A DNA stretch of 64,000 nucleotides from Nitrosopumilaceae archaeon (GTDB lineage: Archaea; Thermoproteota; Nitrososphaeria; Nitrososphaerales; Nitrosopumilaceae): NCBI GenBank assembly GCA_965214835.1, contig CBDCCK010000002.1:2784001-2848000 (forward strand). Reading direction: 5' to 3'. Every line of letters begins with the position of its first letter. Positions within the stretch are counted from its first letter, which is position 1. Below the pieces are notes generated by a model, which did no database searches, had not been told where the DNA came from, and was given only the letters and a program-made list of their open reading frames with translations. The translations under genes and the position numbers were made by a program. Positions 1 through 10,265 of the stretch are shown piece after piece.

Positions 1-1
1 C

Positions 2-343
2 CAGATCTGTGATCTGATCAAGGCGCTAGATGCCAAGATCAGGTTTGCAGGCATAATCAACGAGCGGGGCAGGCTGGTGGCCGGCGGGATGAAGCCCGGC
101 GTCACCCCGCTTGAGAACGAAAAGGACGACGAGATGCTGTTCATGGAGCTTGCACTGAGGATCAAGATGCGCCGCGAGTTTGACAGGCAGCTGGGACCTG
201 TAAACTTTGCGATGGCCTCCAGGAAAAGAGCAACCACCATGAGCTTTCTAATCAACGGCGACATCCTGTATGTTGCAGCAGAACCTGACGCCGACTATTG
301 CAGGCTCCCAAAGGAAATCCTGGAGATTATCGAGTCTGACTAG
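2..343 (+). CDS. Thaumarchaeal roadblock-like (DUF6659-type) protein, 5'-partial
   Basis: Frame is open from the window start: KIRFAGIINERGRLVAGG...LGPVNFAMASRKR, a pattern typical of this thaumarchaeal family. Confidence 0.7.
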   Translation, partial: QICDLIKALDAKIRFAGIINERGRLVAGGMKPGVTPLENEKDDEMLFMELALRIKMRREFDRQLGPVNFAMASRKRATTMSFLINGDILYVAAEPDADYCRLPKEILEIIESD

Positions 344-388
344 CGCGTCCTGCCAATACATAAATAGAATTGCCGGAGGCTAGACTTG

Positions 389-535
389 ATGCCGGTGGAT
401 CCTGTGTGTGGAATCGAGCTTGACGAGGGCCTCGCACTGATCCACGAGCACGACGGGCAAAGATACTATTTCTGCTGCAACGGCTGCAGGCGCATCTTTG
501 TCAAAAAACCGCGCAAGTGGAAGAAGAACGGCTAG
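389..535 (+). CDS. YHS/TRASH metal-binding domain protein (48 aa; not in the ORF track)
   Basis: Manual translation MPVDPVCGIELDEGLALIHEHDGQRYYFCCNGCRRIFVKKPRKWKKNG; DPVCG...YYFCCxxC motif; TAAATA about 25 nt upstream. Confidence 0.9.
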   Translation: MPVDPVCGIELDEGLALIHEHDGQRYYFCCNGCRRIFVKKPRKWKKNG

Positions 536-1476
536 ACAGGAAACCTTCCGCACATCCTGCAAAACCTGGACCCCGCCTCGACTGCATGCCTGCAGTCCGG
601 ACAGGCGTCCTCGGATCCAGAGTCCGGACTGGGGTGGAACCTCCTAAACGCCTGGTAGTAGTGAAGCGACTCCTTGGTCCTTATGTTCACACCGTCTGCC
701 TCCAGAATCTCCACCCTTCTCTGCACGAATGCCTCGTCTGAGATCAGGGTCTCAAACAGGCCGGTCAGTCCCGCGGTTCCAGAGCCGTCCTGCATCGGAG
801 CCTTTTGCCTCCAGACGACTTGATCCGGGATCCTGCCCTCTAGCGCCCTTCTGATGATCATCTTTCCGAACCTGCGCCCCCCGTGCGAGCCGACCTTGTA
901 CTCTGGCGGCAGGCTCCCGGCAAACTCGACCATCTCCTCGTCCAAAAACGGGGCCTGCACTGCAACCCCAAGCGACCTGCCTATCTTCTTTGAGGGAAAG
1001 TGCATGATGCCAGCAATTCTTTGCAGGTCCCTTTCCAGCTCCGCGGCGGGCTTTTTCAGCAGAAAGCTGTATCCTGCAAACAGCTCGTCTGCGCCATCCC
1101 CTGTTATGATGGAGGCCTTGCCGTCCTCCTTTGCAGCCCTGATTGCAAGGTACATCACAAGCGAGTTTCTGATCTCAATGTCGTTAAAGTTCCCCAGAAT
1201 TTTTACCGTCTCGTCGGCTGCGGACACGACCTCCTCGGTTCCCGCCCTTTTCATGTACAGCGGCAGATCCAGCCGGGATGAGATCACCTGGCAGTATGTC
1301 AGATCGGATGAGGCAAAGTCCCTTGCGATTACTGCGTATGCGTCCGGCCTCCTATCTCGCATACAGTATGCAATTGCGCTGCTGTCAAGGCCACCCGAGA
1401 GCGCAATGCTTCCTGACGGGCACCTTGACGAGGAGTCCTCCAGAATCTCTAGGAACCTTTCCCGGTACTGGCCCAT
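532..1476 (-). CDS. Asparagine synthase C-terminal-domain protein with C-terminal double zinc ribbon
   Basis: SGGLDSS PP-loop, TGDGADELFAGY, RQKAPMQDGSG, CPDC...FCRMCG; no N-terminal glutaminase domain. Confidence 0.85.
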   Translation of the reverse strand: MGQYRERFLEILEDSSSRCPSGSIALSGGLDSSAIAYCMRDRRPDAYAVIARDFASSDLTYCQVISSRLDLPLYMKRAGTEEVVSAADETVKILGNFNDIEIRNSLVMYLAIRAAKEDGKASIITGDGADELFAGYSFLLKKPAAELERDLQRIAGIMHFPSKKIGRSLGVAVQAPFLDEEMVEFAGSLPPEYKVGSHGGRRFGKMIIRRALEGRIPDQVVWRQKAPMQDGSGTAGLTGLFETLISDEAFVQRRVEILEADGVNIRTKESLHYYQAFRRFHPSPDSGSEDACPDCRHAVEAGSRFCRMCGRFPV

Positions 1477-1524
1477 CGGTCTTGTTTTCAGGCGCGACTA
1501 TAATAGGTTGGCCTGGCCTCAACG

Positions 1525-1614
1525 GCAAGAGTTTGCCCCTCCAGAGGATATGGCGTGGAAGGCATGTCGTGGAGGGCCTTGGCAGGTGGGGGTCGCCTGA
1601 GGGGCAGACTCCAG
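1525..1614. mobile_element. Degenerate MITE family B (IS66-like ends)
   Basis: GCAAGAGTTTGCCCC...GGGGCAGACTCC; internal similarity to the copy at 48032. Confidence 0.5.
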
Positions 1615-1777
1615 AGCTGTCCCTTTTTGCACTCTTGCAGGCGGGTACTGCCGTTGCAAGCATCATCCGTATGTGGACACCTTTTGACGTTAAATGGGGG
1701 CCATAGTGATGGTTAAAGGCTTGAGCACGCATGGGCGCAAACTGCGCAAAAGGACACCTTTTGGTGATCAAAGACCT

Positions 1778-3078
1778 TCAGCCGCCGTTATGGTTGGTAT
1801 CATGGATGCGCGAAAGCACGTACGGCCGCTCGTTTGGCTCTAGCGACAGCATGACCCTTTCCGTCTCAAAAACAAACTCGCCCAGATACGTGCCGTCCGA
1901 GTAGACTGCAAACGGCGCGCCCTTCCAGTCCGCGGGCTGGTCAAACAACACGGTCAACGGCTGGTCAAAGACTGCGTCGTCCAGCCCGTCTGAGACGGTA
2001 ATCTTGATGCGCTCAATTCGCGGCGGCGGGTGGTCTGTTGCCACCTCGACGGTCACCTGTGCGTCTGCCCTCTCCCTTGCATACAGCGTTATCTCGTTCA
2101 TGGGAGACACCCAAAAGTCGCGGACTGCAATGGATTCCACGTCCTTTCGGAACTCGTCCATGTCGTACCACCCGTACCCCTCAGGCAGTCCTATGTTGTG
2201 GTATGTCAGTATGATCCACGAGGTCCGCTCCAGCGCCTCGTCGAGGACCGGCTCCAGCTCGCCGTTGTCGTTTATGCATGACTCGCACGGCCCATGGTCC
2301 TCCGACTCGAAATGTATGCTCTGCATGGGCAGTGACTGCAGGGCAAACCAGTTGTCCGGCTCCGTCCTGTCGTCTGCAATGTTGTGGAACCTGTCCGGAT
2401 TGGTCGTCAGCAGCCTGCCGCTGAGAAATCCCGCATCCTCCAGGGCCTGCTGCGTCTCCCCCTCAGATCCGGCGTTTCGCGGGTAGGCGTAGGCGACCGG
2501 CTTTAACCCCATCCATACCATGGCATCAAAGCAGGCCTGAAACGACTCTAGCGCCTCCCCGTATGACATTTTGTCGTGGTCGACGTGGTTGTGGCCGTGC
2601 CCGAAATAGCCGGCGCCGCCGGGAATCAGATCCGTCAGCAGGTAGATCAGATCGGCATCATGCGGATTGCTGTATTCTGGAACACCGTGATAGCTGCTTC
2701 CGGTCACCATCTCGTATCCAATAGCCACGCCGTGCTCATCGGCGTGGCTGACTGCCTCCGGGATGTCCGAGGGACGGCCGTCATACGTGATTGATGCCGC
2801 AGCGGTATGGTTGTCAAACCACTTTGCGACCCGTGCGCCCGACGGCAGGTCTCCTGCCTTAACCACGTGCCACTGCATCCTCTCAGCGGTGGCCTCCCCC
2901 ACGCACGCCGGGCTCCAGTCCCCACGGATTACAGGCACCAGACCGTCTGCGCACCGTACATCCCCGAGGGATGCCCCGGACTCTATCTGCTGCCTGAGGC
3001 TTTGGGGGGGGGATCAGCCCAGCCGTATGATGGCGCCATGATCAAGAGAATGCCGGCACAGGGGAGCAGGAGCAGCAC
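1778..3078 (-). pseudogene. Secreted polysaccharide deacetylase (NodB-like), split by a frameshift in a C9 tract
   Basis: SITYD, GHGHNH, AYAYP, WIILTYH motifs; signal-peptide frame VLLLLPCAGILLIMAPSYGWAD (GTG at 3078) is one base out of frame with QSLRQQIESG...C...SPACV at G9 (3004-3012). Confidence 0.7.
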
Positions 3079-3115
3079 ATGCGACCGGGACGCGTGGCGG
3101 AGGGCCGCCTTGCCG

Positions 3116-4924
3116 TCAAACCGCCATGGTGGATTCGTCATACTCGCTTTCTGCACCCATTTCCTTGAGGGCCTCGTCGCCGATATCCCTCAGGCTGGAG
3201 CCGAACCTTTTCTCCAAGAGCTCAAGTGCCTTTTTGTTGTTGGTTGACTCGGCCTTGTCGCCCAGGATCTTTCTTATCACGTCGCCCTTGGATGTCAGGA
3301 TTTCTGCTATGTACTCGTCAAAGGTGTCGGTTCCTATGATATAGTGCGAAAAGACGCGGTTTTTCTGCCCTATGCGGTGCAGCCTGTCCTCTGCCTGCGC
3401 GTGCACTGCTGGGGACCAGTCAAGCTCTGCAAATATCACGTATGATGCCTCGGTGAGGTTTATTCCGACGTTGCCTGCGCGCAGGCCGCAGATCATGACC
3501 CGCTCATGCCTGTCCCTCTGGAACGAGTCTATGGCCTTTTGTCTTGCAAAGTCGGACTGGCCGCCGATTATCTGCAGTGGATGGTGCTGCCACAGTCCGT
3601 CTGCGAGGATCTTGTGCACCCTCCTGTGGTGGCAGAACACGACGAATTTTTCGTCCACATAGTCGTCCAAAAGCCCCTTGATGTATTCGATCACGTACGG
3701 AACCTTGGCAAGGCCTGCTATCTGCCGCTCCTCGACCCTCATCTCAAGCAGCAGGCTGTTGAACCTGGCCAGCTTGCGCTTTTTGTCTGCGCCCTCGGCG
3801 GCGGCCCCCAGGGCCATCCTTGCCTCTGCTATCTTGTCGTACAGCTCCCTTATCTTTTCCTCGTACATTTTCTTGTCAATCGGGATGGTCTGCTGGATCC
3901 TGTTCTTCTCGGGAAGGTCTGCCAGCACGTCTGCCTTCCTCCTCCTTATCATGAGGTTTCTCTGCAGGAACTTGGAAAGCTCGTCCTGCTTGAAGGTGAC
4001 TGTCCCGTATATCTCGTCCACATGGTAATAGTCCTCCTTGAACTGCTCCTTGTTGCCAAATATGCCAGGCCTTAGAATCTCGGCGATCTCGTACATCTCC
4101 TCCCCGTTGTTGTATACCGGGGTTCCAGACAGGCCTATTCTGTGGATCGTCGAGTCATGGTTTGCAAGATCCGTGCAGGCGTTAATCTTGTACGTGTTGG
4201 AGCGGCGCAGGTTTTGTATCTCGTCAAAGACTGCCGTTTTCGGGTTTGTTGATACGATGTCCTTTATGCGCTTGTGAACCAGCTCGTAGTTTATGAGGTA
4301 AAAGTCTGCATCCTCAAGATCCTTGCCCTTGCCGGACCGTATTATCTGCACGCGCGGTATGCGCCTGTCTTTGCCCGTGCCCAGCCTGAGAAACCTCTGT
4401 ATCTCCCTTTTCCAGTTCTCCAGCGTGACTAGGGGGGCAACGACGACTACGGGTATCGACTGCGGCTGCTGGGCCACAAATGCCAGGGTCTGAACGGTCT
4501 TGCCAAGCCCCATCTCGTCGGCCATGAGTGCGCTGCCGCCGGTCCTGAGCAAAAAGTCCAGCCCGTACTTTTGAAACGGCATGAGGACCCCCGTAAAGTG
4601 TTCCGGGTTGGGCGTGACGGGGACAAGGCTCGAGATGGTATCCTGTACGTATTTTTTCTCCTTCATCTCCATCAAAAGGCCGTACCACCTGTCCTTGCCC
4701 ACTATGTGCAACGGGTATTCGCCAAGGGCCATGTTCAGCATGCGTACATTCTCGCTTTTCGCGTCAAATGAGAACGGACGCGCCCTGTGCGACGGTATGA
4801 GGCGATCCAGCACCTCCACCACCTCGGGCTGCGCGGTTATGACGATGTTGTGGTGCTTGGCATCCCCGTACAATGCGTTTTTTTGCATGACCTCCATCAT
4901 GCCATACGACTTGGCCCTAGCCAT
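3116..4924 (-). CDS. SNF2/SMARCAL1-like DEAD/DEAH helicase
   Basis: LMADEMGLGKT, FDEIQ, LSGTP, GINLT, QAEDRLHRIGQ; probable ATG at 4924. Confidence 0.92.
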   Translation of the reverse strand: MARAKSYGMMEVMQKNALYGDAKHHNIVITAQPEVVEVLDRLIPSHRARPFSFDAKSENVRMLNMALGEYPLHIVGKDRWYGLLMEMKEKKYVQDTISSLVPVTPNPEHFTGVLMPFQKYGLDFLLRTGGSALMADEMGLGKTVQTLAFVAQQPQSIPVVVVAPLVTLENWKREIQRFLRLGTGKDRRIPRVQIIRSGKGKDLEDADFYLINYELVHKRIKDIVSTNPKTAVFDEIQNLRRSNTYKINACTDLANHDSTIHRIGLSGTPVYNNGEEMYEIAEILRPGIFGNKEQFKEDYYHVDEIYGTVTFKQDELSKFLQRNLMIRRRKADVLADLPEKNRIQQTIPIDKKMYEEKIRELYDKIAEARMALGAAAEGADKKRKLARFNSLLLEMRVEERQIAGLAKVPYVIEYIKGLLDDYVDEKFVVFCHHRRVHKILADGLWQHHPLQIIGGQSDFARQKAIDSFQRDRHERVMICGLRAGNVGINLTEASYVIFAELDWSPAVHAQAEDRLHRIGQKNRVFSHYIIGTDTFDEYIAEILTSKGDVIRKILGDKAESTNNKKALELLEKRFGSSLRDIGDEALKEMGAESEYDESTMAV

Positions 4925-5198
4925 GAATTCGGGAATGCGCCTGGACTTAAAAACTGTCTGTATGTAATTTTTTTTACAACCGTACAAGGTTACCTAGACT
5001 TTCATTTAGGCATCAATGGTGAGTATCCAAGACTGACAATCGATCGCAGGGGGACGGACAATTTTCGTCAATGGATCTAGACTAGATGTGATTATACACA
5101 GTGCCTATGTGAAGCAGTCGATCATGGTTTTGACACGCCGTGCCTGCCTGCACAAAAATGATCGGCCTTCGATCGCAGGCGCTACGCGCCCGTCCCAG

Positions 5199-6887
5199 TC
5201 ATGATTCCATCTGTTCTGCAAGCTGCGGGTATTTTGCCTCCAGATCCGAGACCAGCTCCCTGCTCTTTGTGACGTGGTTTGGTATGTTCTTCATGATCCT
5301 AATGTGCCTCTTTATGGCATCATAATCGTGTATGGTCATGGCAGACTTGACCAGCATGGGAAGCTGCTCTGCATACTTTTCATAATACTGGTTTGGGTAT
5401 TTGCGGGAGAACTCCCCACTGTATGCGTCAAGCAGATCCAGGTTGCAGCTCTCAAGTGCGGCCTTGACGGCATCATCGGCCTTTTTCTCATGCAATAGCA
5501 CATCTATGCAGGTATGGATATGCCCATAGCTCCTGAGATCAGCAAGAATCATCCCCAGCTGCGACTCCCAGTCGTCGGCGATGTCCTTTATCTTTTCATA
5601 GTACGTCCAGTTGGATGTCGCAATGAACATATCGCGTAGGGCGCCGACCTGGTTTGGATCCCCCTTTTGCTCCAGAATAAAGCTCCGTATCCGCGCAAAT
5701 TGCTCGGGATTTTTAAACATCTTGGAGGCCTTGTGTGCGATCCGCAGCGCCTCATCAGCGTCGCTTTCCATCAGATTCCAAATGTACTTTGTGCACAGGC
5801 TCTCGCTTTGCTCGTGATGATCAGAGAGAAAGTCCATCATGTCGTCACTGCCGCCCTCCATCCTCTCTAGCACCGATGAGGCCGCCTCTAGGATCTCGGT
5901 CTGATCCCGCTGCAGGCGGTCTGGTGCAACGACGGGTTTGCCGCCAAGAATCTGCGACTCAAAAAGTGACTTGCAGTACCGGGCGTCCTCGATGCCGTCT
6001 AGCATGTTTAAGAGCGCGCCAAGGTAGATTGGTGCAAAGTGGCCGACCTTTTCTTGCATGTGCCTCTCAAAGAAATACAGGATATGATCCCGCTTTTTGT
6101 CGTGATCTAGCTTGAGCCTGCGTATGAGCGTGACGGCATCCAACATGGAACGCCTGACCTGTCCCGTATAGTAGTGCTTCATGTTGTCTACCACGTCGAT
6201 ATTCTCCGAGATGTACTCGCACATGTGCCTGTACACCTCTATTGCCTTTTCGGGATGGCCACAGTCGTTGTAACTTGTCGCCATATTCTCGATTGAGTCA
6301 AACGAGACCCTGTTTTTGCTCGTGATGCGGCCGTTTTTGCCTTTTGCGCCCTCGTACAGGCGCTTCATATGCTGCCTGCACTTGCGTGAAGGCGGTGTCT
6401 TGTCATTTACTGCCGCAGGAGGCCTTTTGACGTCCCATCCCTTTGGCATTACGCCCCTTCCTGTGCCGATACCCTGTAATGCATTCCTTACGAACTCCAA
6501 GACAGCACTAGGATCATCATACGGCATGCCGTAATCCCGGGCGCTACTGCCGTGGCCTCCTCTCGGCGCATACTTGTAGTCAAGATCCACGTCGTTTATT
6601 ATGTCGACGTTTCCTGTGCGGTCATACACACTAAACAGTACGGCCACTATGTGCTTGCAAAATCCATCACGGTCATACGGGCACGTACAGTGTAAAATGG
6701 ACTTTTTGTAGTTCTTTACTATTGAGACCGAATATACCTTCGTGTCTGTCACCTTTGCTGTCACAACATCATCGTCTATGTGCAGCTGGCCCACGCGTCC
6801 CTCATGGAAATACCGGATCCCCTCCATGTGTGAACTGATGGTGGACATCTCTTCTATTATCTGCAGGTGGGGCTGGTCGTAGCTCAT
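5199..6887 (-). CDS. SWIM zinc-finger protein with helical repeat C-terminus
   Basis: CTCPYDRDGFCKH SWIM motif; lies upstream of the SNF2 gene, a common pairing. Confidence 0.85.
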   Translation of the reverse strand: MSYDQPHLQIIEEMSTISSHMEGIRYFHEGRVGQLHIDDDVVTAKVTDTKVYSVSIVKNYKKSILHCTCPYDRDGFCKHIVAVLFSVYDRTGNVDIINDVDLDYKYAPRGGHGSSARDYGMPYDDPSAVLEFVRNALQGIGTGRGVMPKGWDVKRPPAAVNDKTPPSRKCRQHMKRLYEGAKGKNGRITSKNRVSFDSIENMATSYNDCGHPEKAIEVYRHMCEYISENIDVVDNMKHYYTGQVRRSMLDAVTLIRRLKLDHDKKRDHILYFFERHMQEKVGHFAPIYLGALLNMLDGIEDARYCKSLFESQILGGKPVVAPDRLQRDQTEILEAASSVLERMEGGSDDMMDFLSDHHEQSESLCTKYIWNLMESDADEALRIAHKASKMFKNPEQFARIRSFILEQKGDPNQVGALRDMFIATSNWTYYEKIKDIADDWESQLGMILADLRSYGHIHTCIDVLLHEKKADDAVKAALESCNLDLLDAYSGEFSRKYPNQYYEKYAEQLPMLVKSAMTIHDYDAIKRHIRIMKNIPNHVTKSRELVSDLEAKYPQLAEQMES

Positions 6888-7184
6888 ACTCTGTCCTACA
6901 CACTTGGCCTACACAGACATATTTACAGGGTTTTGGGTTTTCTTAGTTTACCATACAGCTCGATTTTTTTGCCTAACTTGGCGAATATAGAAGGATCGCG
7001 ATCGATTTCAGATCAACTCCTTGCTCCGATCTCGCGGCGTACGGGGCGGCGTCCTTTCGATGTCCATTCGGCGCGCTTGTGGCATACGGATCAGTATTGC
7101 CATCGATGCCCAACTGGTAGTTAGGTGGGCGTGACCTAATACCTTTTTACGGTCTATCCGCGTGCCCATCTGGCGGGATATCTG

Positions 7185-8269
7185 AGAAGCGATTCTTAAT
7201 TAGCAGATTTTGACCCACTTGGGCACTAATCTATGCCTGACGGATCAAAATACCTGTAAAACCATGTACAAATCATGTGTTTGATCGATAGACTGACAAA
7301 AAACCCACGGACGTTCCGGATGTTTGCAGGAATGACCGAGGCAGAGTTTGACCAGCTGTGTACCGAGGTGCAAAAGAAATTTCCAGATACCGAGAAGAAG
7401 AGGCTCTCAAGGCCCGACCGTGTGCGGGATATAGGCGCAGGCAGGCCCTTTGCCCTAGATCTGAGGAACCGCGTACTGCTGGTCTTGTTCTACTACAGGA
7501 CGTACGTCTCCCAGGACGTGGCTGGCGCCATGTTCGGTATAGGACAGGCGTCGGTCTCGCGCTCCATAAGCCTGACTGAGCCCCTGCTAAAACAATGCCT
7601 GCCGATCCCCGAGAAGATTTACAAGGACTCCAAGAGGATCTCCTCAGTCGAGGAGCTGGCCGAGATCTTCCCGGGGATGGTGTGCCTGACTGACGCCTCC
7701 GAGCAGCCCACAAACAGGCCCAAGAGAAAGGACATGGAAAAGTCGCACTATTCGGGCAAGGCAGGCACGCACACGGCCAAGGTCCAGTATACGGTCAACA
7801 TACACGGTGCCATAGTGCACAAGACCCCGCACTCGCCGGGGCGCGTAAACGACGTCAAGATATACCAGATGAAGCACCCCACATTCTGGAGCGGTGAGGA
7901 GGACGGCGAGGAGCTGCGGCACTATATGGATCGCGGATACCAGGGTGCGCAGCACATCGATGCAGGGACGAAGGTTATACTTCCAATCAAGAAGAGTCCT
8001 GGCGGCAAGCTGACCGACGATGAAAAAGAGTACAACAGAACACACTCAAAGATACGGGTGTACGTGGAGAATGGCATACGCAGGGTCAAGACATTCAAGA
8101 TAATGAGCTACAAGTACAGAAACAGGCTCAGAAAGTACGATCTGGCCAACAGTATCGTGTGCGGGCTGGTCAACCTGAGGATACTGGAACGGATAGCTGC
8201 TGTGGCCTGAAAAACACGGCAGAAAACAACTGCAACCTGCCACTCGTAATTTAATTACGGATTGCTTCT
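7185..8269 (+). mobile_element. IS5-family element (1085 bp), copy 1
   Basis: Ends AGAAGCGATTCTTAATTA / TAATTACGGATTGCTTCT; near-identical to 25579-26663 and 61855-62939; flanks CTG/CAG do not form a TSD. Confidence 0.93.
7275..8210 (+). CDS. IS5-family (DDE_Tnp_4-type) transposase
   Basis: HTH region, DASEQ, YSGK, MDRGYQG, RVYVENGIRRVK. Confidence 0.93.
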   Translation: MCLIDRLTKNPRTFRMFAGMTEAEFDQLCTEVQKKFPDTEKKRLSRPDRVRDIGAGRPFALDLRNRVLLVLFYYRTYVSQDVAGAMFGIGQASVSRSISLTEPLLKQCLPIPEKIYKDSKRISSVEELAEIFPGMVCLTDASEQPTNRPKRKDMEKSHYSGKAGTHTAKVQYTVNIHGAIVHKTPHSPGRVNDVKIYQMKHPTFWSGEEDGEELRHYMDRGYQGAQHIDAGTKVILPIKKSPGGKLTDDEKEYNRTHSKIRVYVENGIRRVKTFKIMSYKYRNRLRKYDLANSIVCGLVNLRILERIAAVA

Positions 8270-8821
8270 CAGGGCTGCCATGCGGCGCGTGCCGTATGTG
8301 GGCCTCTGCTTGCCAATCCGCTCCACATACATGACCGTCTGCCCGTCCGGCGGCACATTCCTGGGCGTCTTGTTATAGTATAGCGCCGTCCGGGTTGCCC
8401 CGCTGTACTGTAACGCCCTGTGCGTGCTCCAGTCCCTGTCCTTCAGTTCGGTTGCGGCCGTCACCTTTTGCCTGCCTCCAAGGTTTTTTTTAATACCGCA
8501 TTGGCCACGGCGTACTCTCCGACTATCTTTTTGAGCGATTCGATCTCCTTTTGCTGTCGCTCCTCCGTTGACTTGTGGCCCCTGCCAGACAGTGAGGCGC
8601 GTCCGGCCTGCAAAAAGCGCTCCCTCCACTGGTAAAACGTCCTCGGGGAGAGGTTGTGGCGGCGGCACAGCTCTGCAGTCTCAATGTTGGTGTTAAGATG
8701 CCCCCATGACTATCCCTATCTTGTCCTGTGCACTCCATGTTTTCTTGGTCATATTTGTGATTCGACCTCCTGACTCAAAAAGTGTGCGAAAAAAAGCGTT
8801 CCTATTCTAGTGGGGTCCGCA
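8270..8821 (-). mobile_element. IS3-family remnant (degraded orfA and start of orfB), truncated by the IS5 copy
   Basis: Terminal TG at 8821; orfA-like ELCRRHNLSPRTFYQWRERF; orfB-like RPTYGTRRMAAL. Confidence 0.75.
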
Positions 8822-8829
8822 CCAATTGG

Positions 8830-9200
8830 AATATTCCTGGACTCTTATTATCTAGCGTTTTGAGTATTTTCTAATACAGAAGCCTAAAGAGACCAACAAC
8901 GGATTGCTTTTCGTAGATGCCAGTCAAAAGATTCCAGAGTCGGAAATCAAAGACATAGTTTGGAGACTGGTTAGAATAGGCAGTTTGTGGCAACAAGTTG
9001 AGCATGTTATTAAAGATCCGATTTTCACCAAATCACATTTGCGAAATTTGATTCAGCTTGCAGATATGATCGCATATGTAATTCACAAGCATTACAAAGG
9101 TGATCCTAAATTCGCAGATTGGTTTGAGATGTTAAAACCAAAGATGTATCAGCCTAATGGAAAATCGCATGGTTTTGGCATCAAAGAATTTCCTGACTGA
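8830..9200 (+). pseudogene. DUF3800-family protein, C-terminal fragment
   Basis: DPIFTKSHLRNLIQLADMIAY (QxAD motif); AT-rich; 5' part replaced by the IS3 remnant. Confidence 0.7.
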
Positions 9201-9317
9201 TATAAACAATAGCAGGAAGCAGGTCCACACAGATGCAGAGTACTACTTCCCTACAATCGCACCGATGCGATTCTTATCGCATTATGTCATCTCGCTATAT
9301 ATTTTCTTTTTGTATGT

Positions 9318-9439
9318 CAGCCTTCCCAGATGTAATCAGGCTCATGACGGTGCAGACTGCAACGTGCGGATCTGCAGGCAGTACGGCCCGGATTGTACCA
9401 AACATGGAGTCGTTTTACGGGGAGCTTTTGGGAAGACCG
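9318..9439. mobile_element. MITE family D (about 120 bp; CAGTCTTCCCA-type ends)
   Basis: CAGCCTTCCCAGATGTAA...TTTTGGGAAGACCG; colinear with the reverse complement of 19708-19828. Confidence 0.65.
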
Positions 9440-9483
9440 ACAGTGCTACACAAATTTATTACAGAAGACGGATCAGTGGAGGC

Positions 9484-9765
9484 ATGAATGAAGACATGTT
9501 TGAGGCATTTATCAACCAGACTTTAGACGCAGTATTGGCAACCGTGCCAGTACAGCTGCAGGAGGTTGAGCAAAATGGCGTGGAGTGGAAGGTGGAAAAT
9601 CCAAAGGAATTTGTCTACGGCTTTGTTGTGGGAACGGCACTGTCAATGGGAGGCGCGTTGCTTAGTGCGCAATCAGAGGGCATGCCAACCCCAGAAGAAC
9701 AGATGAAGGTAAGAGATGCCGTTTATGACAGGATTCCGGATATCAGGGAAAGGATATTTGGATGA
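9484..9765 (+). CDS. Conserved thaumarchaeal hypothetical protein
   Basis: MNEDMFEAFINQTLD...VENPKEFVYGFVVG...IRERIFG; TTTATTA about 25-30 nt upstream of the ATG. Confidence 0.75.
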   Translation: MNEDMFEAFINQTLDAVLATVPVQLQEVEQNGVEWKVENPKEFVYGFVVGTALSMGGALLSAQSEGMPTPEEQMKVRDAVYDRIPDIRERIFG

Positions 9766-9871
9766 AGGGACTCAACGAAGGGCGAGTCAGGCCTCTCGAA
9801 TCCGCAAATGGGCTCCGGATCTGCCGCAAGTCACAGGGACATCGTGCATGCAGGGCCGGTCTGAAGCGGAG

Positions 9872-9979
9872 GTGCCTGAAACGCTAAAGATAATAGCAGA
9901 CGGGAAGTTCCTTATCATCTACGGGCAGAGCTATAGTTAGCGCGTGCCTGAAACGCTAAAGATAATAGCAGACGGGAAG
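9872..9979. repeat. 36-bp perfect direct repeat / 36-bp unique insert / repeat (single CRISPR-like unit)
   Basis: GTGCCTGAAACGCTAAAGATAATAGCAGACGGGAAG at 9872-9907 and 9944-9979. Confidence 0.95.
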
Positions 9980-9989
9980 ACTGCCAGTC

Positions 9990-10265
9990 ATGAACAAGAT
10001 CAAGTGCTCGCACATTCTGGTAAAAAGGCAGGGCGAGGCCCTAGAAATACTGGAGAGGATCAAAGGCGGGGAAAAGTTTGGAAGGCTGGCAAGGGAGCTC
10101 TCGACTGACTCGGGCAGTGCAAAAAGGGACGGAAACCTAGGGTATTTTGCAAGGGGCAAGATGGTAAAACCGTTTGAGGAGGCAGCGTTCAGGCTGCAGG
10201 TCGGCCAGATTTCCGGGCCCGTAAGGTCAGAGTACGGCTATCACATAATCAAGAGGCTAGGCTAG
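9990..10265 (+). CDS. pinA: Parvulin-type peptidyl-prolyl cis-trans isomerase
   Basis: CSHILVK, LARELSTD, GNLGYFARGKMVKPFEEAAF, GYHIIKR. Confidence 0.95.
   Translation: MNKIKCSHILVKRQGEALEILERIKGGEKFGRLARELSTDSGSAKRDGNLGYFARGKMVKPFEEAAFRLQVGQISGPVRSEYGYHIIKRLG

Noticed and set aside
532-1476. Asparagine synthase lacking a glutaminase domain as a pseudogene
   Set aside because: ORF is intact with a clean start and a zinc ribbon; stand-alone forms of this kind occur in archaea
1617-1770. Possible MITE with GCTGTCCCTTTTTGC / GCAAAAGGACACC ends and a repeated GGACACCTTTTG
   Set aside because: Imperfect, single copy in the window, no TSD
9157-9483. N-terminal extension of the 202-aa ORF
   Set aside because: Runs through a MITE; TATA position supports ATG 9484
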